Part shown: positions 36,812 to 37,272 of the stretch, piece by piece
Layout: every line of letters begins with the position of its first letter
How positions within the stretch are numbered: the stretch's first letter is position 1
Source of the DNA: Clostridia bacterium
Lineage (GTDB): Bacteria; Bacillota; Clostridia; Oscillospirales; CAG-272
Reading direction: 5' to 3'
DNA: 37,272 nt
NCBI GenBank assembly: GCA_017522905.1
Contig: JAFWXY010000065.1
Location: 1-37,272, forward strand
Notes under the pieces: model-generated
What the model was told of the DNA's origin: nothing
The model's input: the letters and a program-made list of their open reading frames with translations, nothing else
Databases searched by the model: none
Translations under genes and position numbers: made by a program

Positions 36812-37272
36812 TTACTGTGTTTTTTCGATTTCAGCAATATACAGAATTATATTTCTGCTTTCGCCGCTATCATATTCACTAACAATATATTTGATTTTTA
36901 AATACTGACCGTTTTGTGTAACAACACCGCCGTGAGATGAGGTAGTATTGTAACCGTTCATGATTTCACCATCGGTGTATTCAAAGTATATACCGTCTAT
37001 TTCAAAATGCTCCGTATCGTGCCCTTCGTATGGCATGGGATGGAAATTTTCAACATATCCCTCCACGTAACAAACACGATTCGTTTCCAATAGTTCTTTA
37101 TATTCAATGTGCTCAACCGCCATCCCAAGGGTGGAAATAAGAAACAAGAGCACACCCAAAGGTCCTACAATAAAGCCGGCTACTTTGAAAAACGCAGGAT
37201 GAAAGCCGCGCACATCCTCGCCGCGCTTCTTCGCTTTTATAATAGATATTGATGTTGCAAAAAAGCCTATGC
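36812..37272 (-). CDS. Hypothetical membrane protein, 5' truncated at the window edge
   Basis: Frame is open upstream of the track's GTG to the last base (IGFFATSISIIKAKKRGEDVRGF...). Distinctive VEGYVENFHPMPYEGH...SHGGV domain. Confidence 0.85.
   Translation of the reverse strand, partial: IGFFATSISIIKAKKRGEDVRGFHPAFFKVAGFIVGPLGVLLFLISTLGMAVEHIEYKELLETNRVCYVEGYVENFHPMPYEGHDTEHFEIDGIYFEYTDGEIMNGYNTTSSHGGVVTQNGQYLKIKYIVSEYDSGESRNIILYIAEIEKTQ

Noticed and set aside
1-37272. CRISPR arrays, IS elements, rRNA
   Set aside because: No regularly spaced repeat-spacer units, transposase motifs or rRNA-like sequence were seen on reading; almost all the sequence is explained by CDS.

Overview
About 37 kb of core chromosome from a Clostridia-class firmicute, probably Oscillospiraceae/Ruminococcaceae-like (inferred from gene content, T-boxes and sigma-A promoters). 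The left third is one long + strand housekeeping run: topA 3' end, trmFO, plsX, rnc, radical SAM, smc, ftsY, orf, rdgB, yhbY, nadD, yqeK, rsfS. The middle is on the - strand: an RNHCP-ruvX operon, T-box-controlled pheST, MBL-gltX-glnS, and an orphan peptide-binding lipoprotein. To the right lie a SpoIIP-like gene, a LexA/CI-like self-cleaving repressor divergent from a small membrane protein, an SGNH lipoprotein, an LMW phosphatase, T-box-leuS, rpsU, an M20 peptidase and a lower-GC block of hypothetical membrane proteins. No CRISPR, rRNA, complete tRNA or transposase was seen. Best leads: (1) an apparently split gene at the right edge, with its N-terminus on + fused to a tRNA-like 3' end (CCTTCCC-A-CCA) and terminator, and its remainder on -, indicating an inversion that is either biological or an artefact; (2) a helically phased TTCC-N6-GGAA-like operator array over two back-to-back promoters, pointing to a non-canonical SOS-like switch; (3) a switch-like structured leader on the orphan SBP gene; (4) a SpoIIP with altered catalytic motifs.
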